A stretch of 63,990 nucleotides of DNA, counting the filler, from a bacterium (lineage in GTDB: Bacteria > JALSQH01): NCBI GenBank assembly GCA_027004335.1. It is 9 parts of 9 records of this genome, joined end to end, with 100 filler letters (N's around TTAATTAATTAA, not from the genome) between each part and the next. Parts side by side here need not be neighbours in the genome. Positions count along the whole stretch, not along the records: positions 1 to 5,190 come from JALTID010000027.1; positions 5,291 to 10,473 come from JALTID010000028.1; positions 10,574 to 15,743 come from JALTID010000029.1; 6 more parts are not named here. One strand, given 5' to 3'. The notes under the pieces were generated by a model that saw only the letters and a list, made by a program, of their open reading frames with translations, did no database searches and was not told the DNA's origin. Of the stretch, positions 1 through 10,575 are shown in pieces. The translations under genes and the position numbers were made by a program. Position 1 is the stretch's first letter, and every line of letters starts with the position of its first letter.

Positions 1-1
1 T

Positions 2-460
2 TTAAAGGATTTTTCAAAATTCATCTATCTATCTCCAGAGGAAACAGAAATTCTCACCCTTGCAGCAGGGGTCCATGATCTGGGAAAACTCCATGTCCAG
101 CCCCATATAATATACAAAAATTCAGGATTAAATCACATTGAGATTAAAACAGTTCAGCGGCACCCCTACTATTCAGAAATGATACTTGAAAAAATACCAG
201 GGCTTGAAGATATTGCATCTGTTGCTGGCAAACATCATGAATATCTTGATTGTTCAGGTTACTGGAGAGGAATTTGTGGTAATGAAATAGATTTTTTTAC
301 CAGGCTCTTTACAATTGTTGATATCTACGAGGCTCTCACTTCTAAGAGACCATATCGTAAAGCTTTTTCCCCTAAAAAAGCAATAACAATTATGGAAAAG
401 GAATATAAAGAAAGAATAGATTCTGAAATCCTCAGGCAATTCAAAAAAATGGTTCTTTAA
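2..460 (+). CDS. HD-GYP domain phosphohydrolase (5'-truncated at window edge)
   Basis: Frame open from base 2; motifs VHDLGK, HP, HHEYLDCSGYWRG, VDIYEALTSKRPYRKA. Confidence 0.85.
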   Translation, partial: LKDFSKFIYLSPEETEILTLAAGVHDLGKLHVQPHIIYKNSGLNHIEIKTVQRHPYYSEMILEKIPGLEDIASVAGKHHEYLDCSGYWRGICGNEIDFFTRLFTIVDIYEALTSKRPYRKAFSPKKAITIMEKEYKERIDSEILRQFKKMVL

Positions 461-462
461 AA

Positions 463-1347
463 ATGGAAATAAAGGTTGATTCAGATCAGGATAATCTGAG
501 GCTGGACAGATTTATCCGCAAGCTGCTTCCAGAGCTATCACTCTCAGAAATTTATCAGATGATTAAAAGTGGTGACATCTTAGTTAATGGGAAGCCAAGA
601 TCACAAGATTGGAAATTAAGAAAAGATGATAAAATATTTCTCCCGTTTATTCCTGAGCAGGCAAAATTGCCTGAGATACCTGAGAGAGAAAAGAAAAAAA
701 TTAATTTCCTCTATGAAGATGAAAATCTTCTCATAATAGAAAAGCCCTGGGGGATCCCTGTACATTCTGGAAGTCACTGGGAATATGGTGTAATTAATAT
801 TGTCGCAGAAATAAAAAGAATAGCAATTTATCCAGTCCATAGAATTGATAAAGAAACTTCAGGACTTCTGATCCTCGCAAAAAACAGACAAACTGCGATA
901 AAACTTTCCAGACTGATCTCATCCCACCAAATTCAAAGGGAGTACATTGCTCTGGTAAGAGGAAAAATTGAAAAATCAGGAACAATAAGAAGCAAAACCT
1001 CAAAGAACAGCAGGGAAAAATCACCCAGGGGAAAAATCAAACTTTCAATAACACACTATACCACAGAAAAAATTTTTCGTGATACTACTCTCTTACGGAT
1101 AAAACTTGAAACAGGGAGAACCCACCAGATAAGGATTCAATTCGCAAATACAGGACACCCCGTGGCCGGGGACTGGAAATATGGACAAAAAAAATTTAAT
1201 GTTGAAATGAAAAAGATAGGATTGAATCGGCTATTTCTTCACTCACATCATCTTATATTTGAACATCCTGTCACAGGTAAAAAGATTGATCTAACCTCTC
1301 CGCTTCCCGAGGAATTAGATAGCTTACTGAAAAAACTCAGCTCATAG
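463..1347 (+). CDS. RluA-family (RluC/RluD-like) pseudouridine synthase with S4 domain
   Basis: N-terminal RLDRF S4 domain; catalytic [32 protein letters not shown]. Confidence 0.92.
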   Translation: MEIKVDSDQDNLRLDRFIRKLLPELSLSEIYQMIKSGDILVNGKPRSQDWKLRKDDKIFLPFIPEQAKLPEIPEREKKKINFLYEDENLLIIEKPWGIPVHSGSHWEYGVINIVAEIKRIAIYPVHRIDKETSGLLILAKNRQTAIKLSRLISSHQIQREYIALVRGKIEKSGTIRSKTSKNSREKSPRGKIKLSITHYTTEKIFRDTTLLRIKLETGRTHQIRIQFANTGHPVAGDWKYGQKKFNVEMKKIGLNRLFLHSHHLIFEHPVTGKKIDLTSPLPEELDSLLKKLSS

Positions 1348-2605
1348 CTTTATTTTTCTTTGAAGAGTAAACAATTACAGGATTACCACTTCCCTTTGCA
1401 ACTTCCTCAGTTATAATGCACTCCTTCACATCTTTCCATGAAGGTAATTCATACATAACATCAAGCATAAATTTTTCCATTATTGCCCTTAAGCCTCTGG
1501 CCCCTGTGCCCTTACTTATAGTCTGTCTGGCAACTTCTCTCATAGCTTCAGGAGTAAACTTTAATTCAACTCCCTCAAGATCAAAGAGTTTTGCATATTG
1601 CTTGACAAGAGCATCTTTTGGCTCCGTTAATATCCTAATAAGATCATCTTCTGAAAGCTCATAAAGAGTTGCTACGACAGGAACCCTTCCAACAAACTCC
1701 GGAATCATTCCATATCCTATGAGGTCTTCAGGTTCAACTAACTCAAGAATTTCTCCAATTGATCTTTCTTCCTTTGACTTTATGTCCACACCAAAACCGA
1801 TTCCAGCCTTTCCCACCCTTCTACTCACTATATCTTCCAGTCCGACAAAAGCACCACCTACGATGAAAAGAATATTCTCAGTATTGATTGGAATAAACTC
1901 CTGCTGAGGATGTTTCCTTCCCCCTTTTGGAGGAACATTTGCAACAGTCCCCTCCAGAATCTTTAAAAGGGCTTGCTGAACACCTTCTCCAGAAACATCT
2001 CTTGTTATGCTTGGACCCTCACCAACTTTGGCAATTTTATCAATCTCATCAATATAGACAATCCCCTTTTCAGCCTTCTCAACATCAAAATTGGCAGCCT
2101 GGAGAAGCCCGAGTAAAATATTCTCCACATCCTCACCAACATACCCAGCCTCAGTAAGAGTAGTTGCATCAGCAATGGCAAAAGGAACATTTAAAAATTT
2201 TGCAAGAGTCTGGGCTAAAAGTGTCTTACCTGATCCTGTGGGTCCAATTAACATAATGTTACTCTTCTGAATTTTTACCTCTTCCCAGCTTGTTTGCCCA
2301 GAGTAAATCCTCTTGTAATGATTGTGAACTGCTACAGCAAGAATCTTCTTAGCCCTTTCCTGACCTATAACATACTGATCAAGAAAATCCTTTATCTCCT
2401 GAGGAGTCGGTATACTTCCTTGAGAAAGATAACTTCTCCTCTCCCTCCCAAGATCTTCTGCAAGGATCTCGTTACACAGAGACACACAGCTATCACAGAT
2501 ATACACACCAGGTCCGGCGATTAATCTCCTGACCTCACTCTGAGACCTCCCACAGAAGGAGCACCTTGGCTCATTCTTATCAAAATTACTTTTAAATTTA
2601 TCCAT
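1337..2605 (-). CDS. clpX: ATP-dependent Clp protease ATP-binding subunit ClpX
   Basis: C4 Zn finger CSFCG..ICDSC; Walker [21 protein letters not shown] loop; IGF loop. Confidence 0.98.
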   Translation of the reverse strand: MDKFKSNFDKNEPRCSFCGRSQSEVRRLIAGPGVYICDSCVSLCNEILAEDLGRERRSYLSQGSIPTPQEIKDFLDQYVIGQERAKKILAVAVHNHYKRIYSGQTSWEEVKIQKSNIMLIGPTGSGKTLLAQTLAKFLNVPFAIADATTLTEAGYVGEDVENILLGLLQAANFDVEKAEKGIVYIDEIDKIAKVGEGPSITRDVSGEGVQQALLKILEGTVANVPPKGGRKHPQQEFIPINTENILFIVGGAFVGLEDIVSRRVGKAGIGFGVDIKSKEERSIGEILELVEPEDLIGYGMIPEFVGRVPVVATLYELSEDDLIRILTEPKDALVKQYAKLFDLEGVELKFTPEAMREVARQTISKGTGARGLRAIMEKFMLDVMYELPSWKDVKECIITEEVAKGSGNPVIVYSSKKNKAMS

Positions 2606-2607
2606 CT

Positions 2608-3231
2608 CTATTCCCTGATAGTTGCAAGTTCTCTTTTCGTTACGATCTCATCTATTAGCCCGTAATCCTTAGCCTCCTGAGGTGACATAAAATAGTCCCT
2701 CTCAGTGTCATCCCTTATTTTTTCGATGGGTTGACCTGTGTGTTTTGACAGAATATTATTAAGTTCCTCTCTTATCCTCAAAATCTCCTTGGCATGGATC
2801 TCTATCTCCGTAGCCTGTCCTTCAAAACCACCCATAGGCTGATGGATCATTATTCTTGCATGGGGTAAAGCATACCTCTTACCTCTTGTCCCCGCCGCTA
2901 AAAGAACAGCCGCCATACTGGCAGCTTGCCCCATGCATATAGTCTGAATATCTGGTTTTATATATTGCATGGTATCATATATAGCTAATCCTGACGAAAC
3001 TGTCCCCCCCGGAGAATTGATATAAAGATAAATATCTTTATCTGGATCCTCAGATTCAAGGAAGAGAAGCTGTGCTATGACAAGATTAGCTATCTCGTCA
3101 GTAACAGGAATTCCAAGAAAAATGATTCTGTCTTTAAGGAGCCGAGAAAAGATGTCATAAGCCCTCTCACCCCTGTGACTCTGTTCCACCACTATCGGGA
3201 CCAGGTAATTCTCCAACTGTTTCTCCTTCAT
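2608..3231 (-). CDS. clpP: ATP-dependent Clp protease proteolytic subunit
   Basis: [28 protein letters not shown] (catalytic Ser), IMIHQP, DTERD; lies between tig and clpX. Confidence 0.98.
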   Translation of the reverse strand: MKEKQLENYLVPIVVEQSHRGERAYDIFSRLLKDRIIFLGIPVTDEIANLVIAQLLFLESEDPDKDIYLYINSPGGTVSSGLAIYDTMQYIKPDIQTICMGQAASMAAVLLAAGTRGKRYALPHARIMIHQPMGGFEGQATEIEIHAKEILRIREELNNILSKHTGQPIEKIRDDTERDYFMSPQEAKDYGLIDEIVTKRELATIRE

Positions 3232-4537
3232 TAACTTTTTCCTTTTTCTTTTCTTCTGTTTCTTCCTTTTTTTCCTTCAAAAGCTTCTTAATTCTATCCA
3301 CTACTTTTTTATATAGAATATCACTTCTTACCTTGTTAATCAACCCTGACTGAGCGTAAAGCTGTCTTAACTGTTCTGGAGAGATCTGTCCTGCCTGATA
3401 CTGGGCCTGTTCCTCGAAAAATTGATCCACCTCACTATCTGAAACAGAGATATTCTCTTTTTCGGCAACCTGCAGAACAATAAAAGTCTCTCTAAGACCT
3501 TTTCTTACATTTTCTTCAATTTTTTCCATGGCTTCTTTCTTCCGTTCCTCAGGAAGAGTATCAATACCTGCTTTTTTATATTCCTCTTCAATATATTCCT
3601 TTGTGGTAACTTCTGGAAGTTCTTCTACCGGATTCGCAGTTATCAGTGCATCAAGGATCTCCCTTGTAAGTTCTTCCTGAAAAGTTTTCTCCTTCTCTCG
3701 CTTCAGCATCTCTTTAATATAATTTTTCAAAGACTCAACTTTTTCAAAACCAAATCTTTTAGCAAACTCTTCGTCTATTTCTGGTAGTTCTAACTGCTTT
3801 ATTTCGTTTACTTGCGTCTTATACTTCACTTTATCTCTTGTTTCATCCACCTCTTTCTCTTTATCAACATCCACTTCCAATTCATACTCATCTCCAGGTT
3901 TTTTCCCTATCAAACTTTTTTTCAACTCCGTATGAAAGGCTTCATCATCCTCAATTAACACATCCTGATTCTCATAGAGGGTCATAAATTCTCCAGGAGC
4001 ATCTTTCTTTTCAACAGCAATATTCACATTAACAACATCTCCACTCTTTACCTCTCTATCCTCTTCCACAGGAATGACATCTGCGACATCCCTTCTCATC
4101 TTCTCTATCACCTTTTCTATTTCTTCATCTTTAACCGCTTCAGGTTCTTTCTCAATGTCCACATCAAGGTAGGTATAGTTAAGATTTTCAACCTTTGGGG
4201 CTATTTCAACTTCCGCGGTAAAAGAGAATTCTTTTCCCTCTTCAATATCTCCAACCTCAGTGTTAATTAACTTTAAAACTCTCCATTCACCCTTCACAAC
4301 TGCATCAACATAGCCCTTTTCAAAAAAATCCTCTTTTACTTTCTCTTTCACCCCCTGCATATATTTTCTTCTTATCATATTCATAGGGGCTTTTCCTCTT
4401 CTAAATCCATGTATTGCCGCAGTTTTCTGTACCTCTTTAAGAGACTCATCAATAGCAGATTTAACTTCTTTTGCAGAGAATTTCACATTAATCTCCTTTT
4501 TTGTAGGGGAAATATCCTTTAGATTTATCTCTGGCAT
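3167..4537 (-). CDS. tig: Trigger factor
   Basis: GFRRGKAP ribosome-binding motif; 456 aa; tig-clpP-clpX order; AGAGGAG RBS upstream. Confidence 0.93.
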   Translation of the reverse strand: MPEINLKDISPTKKEINVKFSAKEVKSAIDESLKEVQKTAAIHGFRRGKAPMNMIRRKYMQGVKEKVKEDFFEKGYVDAVVKGEWRVLKLINTEVGDIEEGKEFSFTAEVEIAPKVENLNYTYLDVDIEKEPEAVKDEEIEKVIEKMRRDVADVIPVEEDREVKSGDVVNVNIAVEKKDAPGEFMTLYENQDVLIEDDEAFHTELKKSLIGKKPGDEYELEVDVDKEKEVDETRDKVKYKTQVNEIKQLELPEIDEEFAKRFGFEKVESLKNYIKEMLKREKEKTFQEELTREILDALITANPVEELPEVTTKEYIEEEYKKAGIDTLPEERKKEAMEKIEENVRKGLRETFIVLQVAEKENISVSDSEVDQFFEEQAQYQAGQISPEQLRQLYAQSGLINKVRSDILYKKVVDRIKKLLKEKKEETEEKKKEKVNEGETVGELPGPDSGGTESQG

Positions 4538-4560
4538 AACGACTCCTCTTTAAAAAATAA

Positions 4561-4646
4561 TGGTGCGGGGAGAGGGACTCGAACCCTCACGCCTTTGGGG
4601 CACTGGATCCTAAGTCCAGCGCGTCTGCCAATTTCGCCATCCCCGC
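4561..4646 (-). tRNA. tRNA-Leu(TAG)
   Basis: Reverse complement GCGGGGA..CTGGA-CTTAGGA-TCCAG, long variable arm, GGTTCGAGTCC, ends ACCA. Confidence 0.95.
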
Positions 4647-4668
4647 CCCTTCAGGTTCTATAAAAAAA

Positions 4669-4744
4669 TGGTGAGCCGCGCAGGATTCGAACCTGCGCCC
4701 CGCAGATTAAGAGTCTGCTGCTCTACCAGCTGAGCTAGCGGCCC
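4669..4744 (-). tRNA. tRNA-Lys(CTT)
   Basis: GGGCCGC-TAGCTCAGCTGGTAGAGC, anticodon arm GCAGA-CTCTTAA-TCTGC, GGTTCGAATCC, CCA end. Confidence 0.95.
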
Positions 4745-4757
4745 ACCCTATTGTAAG

Positions 4758-4831
<74 letters not shown>

Positions 4832-4849
4832 ATTAATCTGCAATTTCAA

Positions 4850-4926
4850 TGGGGTGGGCGATGGGACTTGAACCCACAGCCACTGGAGCCACAGTCCAGC
4901 GCTCTGCCAATTGAGCTACGCCCACC
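4850..4926 (-). tRNA. tRNA-His(GTG)
   Basis: Encoded G-1, anticodon arm CTGGA-CTGTGGC-TCCAG, GGTTCAAGTCC, ends CCCA. Confidence 0.95.
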
Positions 4927-4939
4927 ATTCAAAAAACAA

Positions 4940-5016
4940 TGGCGCGCCAGGAGGGACTCGAACCCCCAGCCCGCGGCTTAGAAGGCCGCTGCTCTATCCT
5001 ATTGGGCTACTGGCGC
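4940..5016 (-). tRNA. tRNA-Arg(TCT)
   Basis: Anticodon arm GCGGC-CTTCTAA-GCCGC, GGTTCGAGTCC, GCCA end. Confidence 0.95.
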
Positions 5017-5018
5017 AT

Positions 5019-5095
5019 TGGTCGGGGCGAGAGGACTTGAACCTCCGACTCCCTGCTCCCAAGGCAGGTGCGCTACCATGCTGCGCTACGCCCCG
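5019..5095 (-). tRNA. tRNA-Pro(TGG)
   Basis: CGGGGCG acceptor, anticodon arm CCTGC-CTTGGGA-GCAGG, GGTTCAAGTCC, ACCA end. Confidence 0.95.
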
Positions 5096-5104
5096 GCAGA
5101 GATT

Positions 5105-5133
5105 ATTTTAACAAAATTAAAAGGTGCTTGCAA
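5105..5133 (-). promoter_or_regulatory. Sigma70-type promoter of the tRNA(-tig-clpPX) cluster
   Basis: Minus strand TTGCAA-17 bp-TAAAAT, about 10 nt upstream of tRNA-Pro. Confidence 0.7.
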
Positions 5134-5190
5134 AAACAGCAACTTTTACCATTGACTCTTCCCCAGAAAACTTATAACATTACTTATATA

Positions 5191-5290
5191 NNNNNNNNNN
5201 NNNNNNNNNNNNNNNNNNNNNNNNNNNNNNNNNNTTAATTAATTAANNNNNNNNNNNNNNNNNNNNNNNNNNNNNNNNNNNNNNNNNNNN
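5191..5290. other. Synthetic contig linker
   Basis: N44-TTAATTAATTAA-N44, stops in all six frames. Confidence 0.97.
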
Positions 5291-5895
5291 GGCTTAGAAA
5301 TTGTGGTAGTAGTTGTTGCTCTCGATGCAGTTTTTGTTACTGCAGATGGAGCAGTTTCACTTCCATGTGATTTTGTAGCAGAAGTTTCCTCTGAAGGAAC
5401 TCCTTCCTCAAACAATCCTTCACCTTCTTCTAAAACATTTTCTCCTTCTTGAGCAAGTTTTAAAAAAGACTCACTGTCAGAAGCAGCTATATGACCAAGA
5501 TTACTGGACGGGAAAAATATAATCAATGTATCACCTTCCACTCTTGGAAAATACTCTCTCATGGTATTAAGGTAAATTTCAAATCTGGCAACATTGGCTG
5601 CCTTATTACCATATTGATAGACCTTAATACCTTTAAAAGATGGATCCTTTACACGATAGGCTCGCTTCAAAGAGCTTACATCAGTGTAAGCAATATCAAT
5701 AACAAGTCGCAGAGGATCCGTAAGACGAAAAATAGTATAAGTTGGATGTCTCGTACCTTTTAGAACTACTACAATTCCATGGGAATTTTTCAAGACTTTG
5801 AAATCCTGAATATGGTCCAAATCAGGTGCAATACTACTGCAAGTTGCTAAAAAAAGGACCAAAAAAATACTTAAAGTTACTTTTACTGCCCTCAT
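5291..5895 (-). CDS. pilQ: Type IVa pilus secretin PilQ, N-terminal part (AMIN domain; 3'-truncated)
   Basis: Follows pilP; lipobox-like LATC; AMIN motif YTIFRLTDPLRLVIDI; Thr/Ser-rich linker; secretin domain lies beyond the contig end. Confidence 0.75.
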
Positions 5896-6422
5896 GGAGT
5901 TACTCCTTCTTCTTTTTGAGGTAAGGTTAAATACACCTTACGGGTTTTAATTTCACCCTTATAATCAACATACTTCTCCAGAATAATAATTTTATCTGAT
6001 AAAATCTTCCAAACCTTACCTCCATTTTTTCCGATCGGCGTACCTACCCTGACACTGTATCCTTTCCCATCAGGAGCTTCAATTAATGCAGTTGGAGAAG
6101 AGATTCCCCATACAATCCCCTTCAGGGAGAGACTGCTGAGATCATATTTCTGGAGCGGGTGAACAATTGGACCTGTTTTCAACTTAATTTTCCTATTGCC
6201 AATATATGGTTGAAATGGATCCCTTGATCTGAACATATCATAAGTATAAATGAACTTTTTTTCAGTTGCTTTCGTAACCTGTGAAGGAGCTTTTTTTATT
6301 CTCCCTCTTTTTTTATAAGAAGTTTTCTTGGTTATATTCGTCCCTTCTTTTTTACATCCGCTGTTCATTAATAAAAATGAAAATAAAATTATCACCGCAG
6401 ATAAAAAGACAAATCGCCTCAT
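5892..6422 (-). CDS. pilP: Type IVa pilus lipoprotein PilP
   Basis: Lipobox NSGC; RDPF; PLQKYDLSSLSLKGIVW; APDGKGY; GKNGGKV. Confidence 0.93.
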   Translation of the reverse strand: MRRFVFLSAVIILFSFLLMNSGCKKEGTNITKKTSYKKRGRIKKAPSQVTKATEKKFIYTYDMFRSRDPFQPYIGNRKIKLKTGPIVHPLQKYDLSSLSLKGIVWGISSPTALIEAPDGKGYSVRVGTPIGKNGGKVWKILSDKIIILEKYVDYKGEIKTRKVYLTLPQKEEGVTP

Positions 6423-6427
6423 TTGTA

Positions 6428-7063
6428 TTACCTCTTTCGCCTTTTCTTCTTTTTCTTTAACTGCACAGCTTTTCTCTCCTTTTCAGAGAGGTACCTGTAG
6501 GTCACAGCAGTAAACCTTGCTGTTACAATTACCTGACCAAGATCATTAACTTTCCCTTTGCTTTCAATAGTCACATCTTTTATATTTACAATCCTTGAAA
6601 GCTTCCCAAGTTTCTCAAAAAACTTCATAATGTTCTTAAATGGCCCCTTCACCACAATTACAAGAGGAACTTCTGCAACAAATTCCTTTTTGGATTCAGG
6701 TCTGGGCTCAAATCGGGCAATTTCAAGATTAAGCTCATTACCAACATTTGGTATATCAATCAAAAGTTGGGCTATTTCAGCTTCATTAGGTAACTTGGCA
6801 ATAGCTTCACTTAATTTTTCCTGCAACCTTCTCAACTCTTCCTCGTATCTTGGTAAATCATCAGCTTTGCTTTTCTCCCGAAGCATCTCAGCTTGTTTTT
6901 GCTGAAGCTTATCTTCAAGATCTCCCACCTGATGAAGAACAGGTATATAAAAAAGGTAATAATAGAGTATGAAAATTAGAAGAAGAATACCACCAAAAAT
7001 CCCAAGTTTCTGGGGTAGGGGCAATTTTACAATTCTAAATAAAAGATCCTGAATCTTTTCCAT
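6428..7063 (-). CDS. pilO: Type IVa pilus protein PilO
   Basis: Single TM plus coiled coil; LPNEAEI, FVAEVP, LSRIVNI, AVTYRY; position in operon. Confidence 0.93.
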   Translation of the reverse strand: MEKIQDLLFRIVKLPLPQKLGIFGGILLLIFILYYYLFYIPVLHQVGDLEDKLQQKQAEMLREKSKADDLPRYEEELRRLQEKLSEAIAKLPNEAEIAQLLIDIPNVGNELNLEIARFEPRPESKKEFVAEVPLVIVVKGPFKNIMKFFEKLGKLSRIVNIKDVTIESKGKVNDLGQVIVTARFTAVTYRYLSEKERKAVQLKKKKKRRKR

Positions 7064-7070
7064 TTTTACC

Positions 7071-7628
7071 TCAACCTGTCGGATTTGTTCCTGTGAGAAC
7101 TTTCGCCTTTATTTGAAAAACTACGATGTTCCATGGTCCCTGGGTCTTCATTCTGGTCCCCATGATCTGGATATTTGTAAAGTATTTGCTCTTTTCAAGA
7201 TTCTTGGCAAATTCAGCAACAAGCCTGTGGTCAAGAGCTCTTCCATATATAGTTATTTGATCCCTCACATACAGCAATTTCGTAAACCATAACTGATTAG
7301 GCACTGAATTGGAAAGTTTATCAAGAACTATAACAGGAAACAAACGATTTTTCTCAAGCGTAGCTATTACTTTCAGCTTATCTTCCAGCTCGGCCTTTTT
7401 GCTCTTGGTTGGCTTAATTTTCTTCGTTATTTTTTTCAGCTCCTTTATTTGAGCTTCAACTTTGATTATCTGTTTCTGCAGCTGATCTTTTCGGTGAACA
7501 ACATTTTTCTGCATAAAGAACATTATTACAAAAAGCACCAACAGAGATATTGCAAAAATGATCAGGTGATTCCTTACAGCTACTTTCTTTCTCTCTTCTT
7601 TAACTGGTAACAGATTTATTCTTATCAT
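7071..7628 (-). CDS. pilN: Type IVa pilus protein PilN
   Basis: MIRINLLP PilM-binding motif, TM, coiled coil. Confidence 0.93.
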   Translation of the reverse strand: MIRINLLPVKEERKKVAVRNHLIIFAISLLVLFVIMFFMQKNVVHRKDQLQKQIIKVEAQIKELKKITKKIKPTKSKKAELEDKLKVIATLEKNRLFPVIVLDKLSNSVPNQLWFTKLLYVRDQITIYGRALDHRLVAEFAKNLEKSKYFTNIQIMGTRMKTQGPWNIVVFQIKAKVLTGTNPTG

Positions 7629-8731
7629 GAATCACCCCTCCGTCTTAAAGCAAGTCCTACCGGAACCACCATAATTGGGGCAAACTTTTGAACTATTTCA
7701 GGCTTGTTAGAAATCAGAGTATCTGAAACCGTTATATTTTTAAAGGGATCAAGGTAATGAGTTGGGATATCAGTCTTTTCTTCAATTATCCTCTGCAAAC
7801 CGGAAGTCAAAGCACCTCCACCGCTTAGAAGGACTTTCGTAATTTTCTCTTCGGGGTGAGAAACACCATAAAAATCAATGGTCCTTGAAATTTCACCAGC
7901 CAAAATATCTGAAACTGAATCTATAATTTCAACTACTTCCTGGGGAATAACTTCCTCACCAGTTTCACCTCCAGTATCACCTCTTTTCAACTGCTCCGCT
8001 TCTTCAGAACTAACGCCAAGATTTTTCTGAATCTCCTCAGTATATGAATTACTACCAATTGTAAAATCCCTGACAACAATAGGTATCCCGTTTTTAGTGA
8101 TATTAACATTGGTAAATGAAGCCCCTATATTTACAAGGGCTACAACATTTTCTCTCTCCTCTGGGTAATTTACCTCAAATACATTCATCATTGCAAACGA
8201 ATTAATATCAATTATTACAGGAGAAAAACCTGCCTCAATAAGAACAGTTGTGTAATCACTGATCATGTCTCTTTTAGCAGCAACAAGAATTATATCCATC
8301 TTCCCTGGCTCTACTTCAGATTCACCAATGATATGATATGCAAGATTTACCTCATCCACCGAAAAGGTTATATGTTGTTCCGCTTCCCACGTGATTTGCT
8401 CATCAAGTTCCTCTGGTGTCATGGTAGTGACTGTAATCTGTTTAACAATTACCGAGCTTCCTCCCACAGAGGTCGCTACCTGTTTAACTTTCAAAGCACA
8501 CTCGCCTGTAAGTTCAATCAGAGCATCAGTTACTGCTGCAGAATTCATAATACTCCCTTCAACTATGGTTGTTGGGGGCAGTTCTGTATAACATGCTGTT
8601 TTCAAAAGATACTCTGTACCTTTTTCCTCTATCTCAGCAACTTTTATAGCAAATGAACCAATATCCACTCCTATTATTTTATTCTTCACAAGAAAGGGCA
8701 ACTTTTCAGAAATTTCATCCAAAAATCCCAT
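7625..8731 (-). CDS. pilM: Type IVa pilus actin-like protein PilM
   Basis: IGVDIGS, VNIGASFT, LSGGGA, GLALR. Confidence 0.95.
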   Translation of the reverse strand: MGFLDEISEKLPFLVKNKIIGVDIGSFAIKVAEIEEKGTEYLLKTACYTELPPTTIVEGSIMNSAAVTDALIELTGECALKVKQVATSVGGSSVIVKQITVTTMTPEELDEQITWEAEQHITFSVDEVNLAYHIIGESEVEPGKMDIILVAAKRDMISDYTTVLIEAGFSPVIIDINSFAMMNVFEVNYPEERENVVALVNIGASFTNVNITKNGIPIVVRDFTIGSNSYTEEIQKNLGVSSEEAEQLKRGDTGGETGEEVIPQEVVEIIDSVSDILAGEISRTIDFYGVSHPEEKITKVLLSGGGALTSGLQRIIEEKTDIPTHYLDPFKNITVSDTLISNKPEIVQKFAPIMVVPVGLALRRRGDS

Positions 8732-8735
8732 AAAA

Positions 8736-8966
8736 TTACTCCTCCAATTTTATTTCTTCTTCTCCTTCAAAAGGACCAAAAATCCTTTTTTTGTCCGAAA
8801 GCTTTAATCCCAGCGCAAGTAATATTTTCCGTTGGGTCTCGAGCCTGCAATCAGCACCCTTCTCTATTCTGTTGAGAGTCACAAGAGAAATTCCAGCTTT
8901 TCTTGCAAGTTCTGACTTACTCATCAAAAGTGCTTCTCTGAACTCTTTAACTCTGTTCTTATTCAT
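8736..8966 (-). CDS. XRE/Cro-family helix-turn-helix protein
   Basis: MSKSELARKAGISLVTLNRIEKG HTH; start reassigned to ATG 8966 (AAGGAG RBS 7 nt upstream); ends 4 bp before pilM. Confidence 0.88.
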   Translation of the reverse strand: MNKNRVKEFREALLMSKSELARKAGISLVTLNRIEKGADCRLETQRKILLALGLKLSDKKRIFGPFEGEEEIKLEE

Positions 8967-9129
8967 AGGCATTCTCCTTAAAGTATATATAAGATTTTCA
9001 TATCTTAAATAATATGTCAAGCTTTTTTCTAAAATTTTATAAAATTTAATATAATTTTTACCATAATTACATAAATATTGTAGTACACTTTAAGCAACCT
9101 CAATATATTGAAAAATGAGGTCCCATTTC

Positions 9130-9157
9130 TTGAAAATTTCAACATAGGTGTTACAAT
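9130..9157 (+). promoter_or_regulatory. Putative promoter of ffs-dnaX
   Basis: TTGAAA-16 bp-TACAAT with an extended -10 TG. Confidence 0.55.
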
Positions 9158-9164
9158 AATATTT

Positions 9165-9265
9165 GATAGCCGGGCATCATGTAACGGCCTATCTGTGAAT
9201 TCCGCCAGGCCCGGAAGGGAGCAACGGTAGCAGTTCTGGTCGCTGGCATGGGGAGCTCGGCTATC
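9165..9265 (+). ncRNA. ffs: Signal recognition particle RNA (4.5S)
   Basis: Domain IV motif CCGCCAGGCCCGGAAGGGAGCAACGG; complementary termini GATAGCCGGGC/GCTCGGCTATC; classic position upstream of dnaX. Confidence 0.93.
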
Positions 9266-9295
9266 AAAATTATTTTTACATGGATTCTATCATAG

Positions 9296-10473
9296 ATGTC
9301 TTATCAGGTTCTTGCCAGAAAATGGCGTCCTCAAATTTTTGAAGATGTAATAGGCCAATCTCATGTAACACGAACCATCCAGAATGCCATAAAAACCAAA
9401 AGAATAGGACACGCATATATATTCACTGGCCCAAGAGGTATTGGAAAAACCACAACAGCAAGACTACTTGCCAAAGCCTTAAACTGCGAAAAAGGTCCTA
9501 CACCAACACCATGTAATAAATGCTCTAATTGCATAGAAATTTCGGAGAATAGATTCCCTGATGTGATTGAAATAGATGGAGCCTCCAATAACAGTGTGGA
9601 TGATATTAGAGATCTTATTGAAAGAGTAAATTACAGACCAGCCAAAGGCAGATACAAAATTTATATAATTGATGAGGTACACATGCTCTCAACAAGCGCT
9701 TTCAATGCCCTTCTTAAAACATTGGAGGAACCACCTTCTCATGTAATTTTCGTTTTTGCTACCACAGAGCCACATAAGATTCCTGCAACAATAATGTCCA
9801 GATGTCAGAGGTTTGACTTCAGGAAGATTCCAGAGAATCTAATAATCAAGAGGTTGAAATTTATCTTAGGTGAAGAAGGAATCACATATTTTTCTGAAGA
9901 CTCTCTGAAAATTATCGCAAGAGCTGCTGACGGATCTCTAAGAGACGCTCTGAGTATACTAGATCAGGCTCTTTCTCTGGACCCCGAATTAAAAAGGGAA
10001 AATCTGGAGCAGGTTCTTGGTCTGACGAGCAAATCAATAATTAGAGAAATAACTGCATCATTAATACATAAAGATACTCAAAAACTCTCTCAGTTAATCC
10101 AGTCCAATATTGCTGGAGTGAGAGACATTAAGAATTTTTTCAGGGAACTTCTTATATATATTGATGAACTCATTAAAATTAAATTTGAATTAATCTCAGG
10201 AGAAGAAAGTGATAAGGATTTAATCAAAGAAATAGATAAAGAGGAACTATTCCATCTGTTTAACATGGTAAATAAAGTAGTAACAGATTCGCTTTCATCT
10301 CCATTTCCTGAATTAAAAATGGAAGTAGGTTTAATTTCCATAGCTTCAAGACCACCTCTTGTCTCCATTGAAAAATTAATTGAAAAACTGGAAAAAGGCG
10401 TTGAAATTTCAGTAAAAGATAAAAGGACTCAAAAACCTCGCGATACCACTTTTCCCCCCTCAAGCAGTGATAA
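9296..10473 (+). CDS. dnaX: DNA polymerase III subunit gamma/tau (3'-truncated)
   Basis: LARKWRPQ, GPRGIGKTT, Zn cysteines, DEVHML, SRC motif. Confidence 0.97.
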
Positions 10474-10573
10474 NNNNNNNNNNNNNNNNNNNNNNNNNNN
10501 NNNNNNNNNNNNNNNNNTTAATTAATTAANNNNNNNNNNNNNNNNNNNNNNNNNNNNNNNNNNNNNNNNNNNN
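10474..10573. other. Synthetic contig linker
   Basis: N44-TTAATTAATTAA-N44. Confidence 0.97.
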
Positions 10574-10575
10574 AT

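Noticed and set aside
4911-5111. 66-aa ORF on the + strand
   Set aside because: It is the antisense shadow of tRNA genes.
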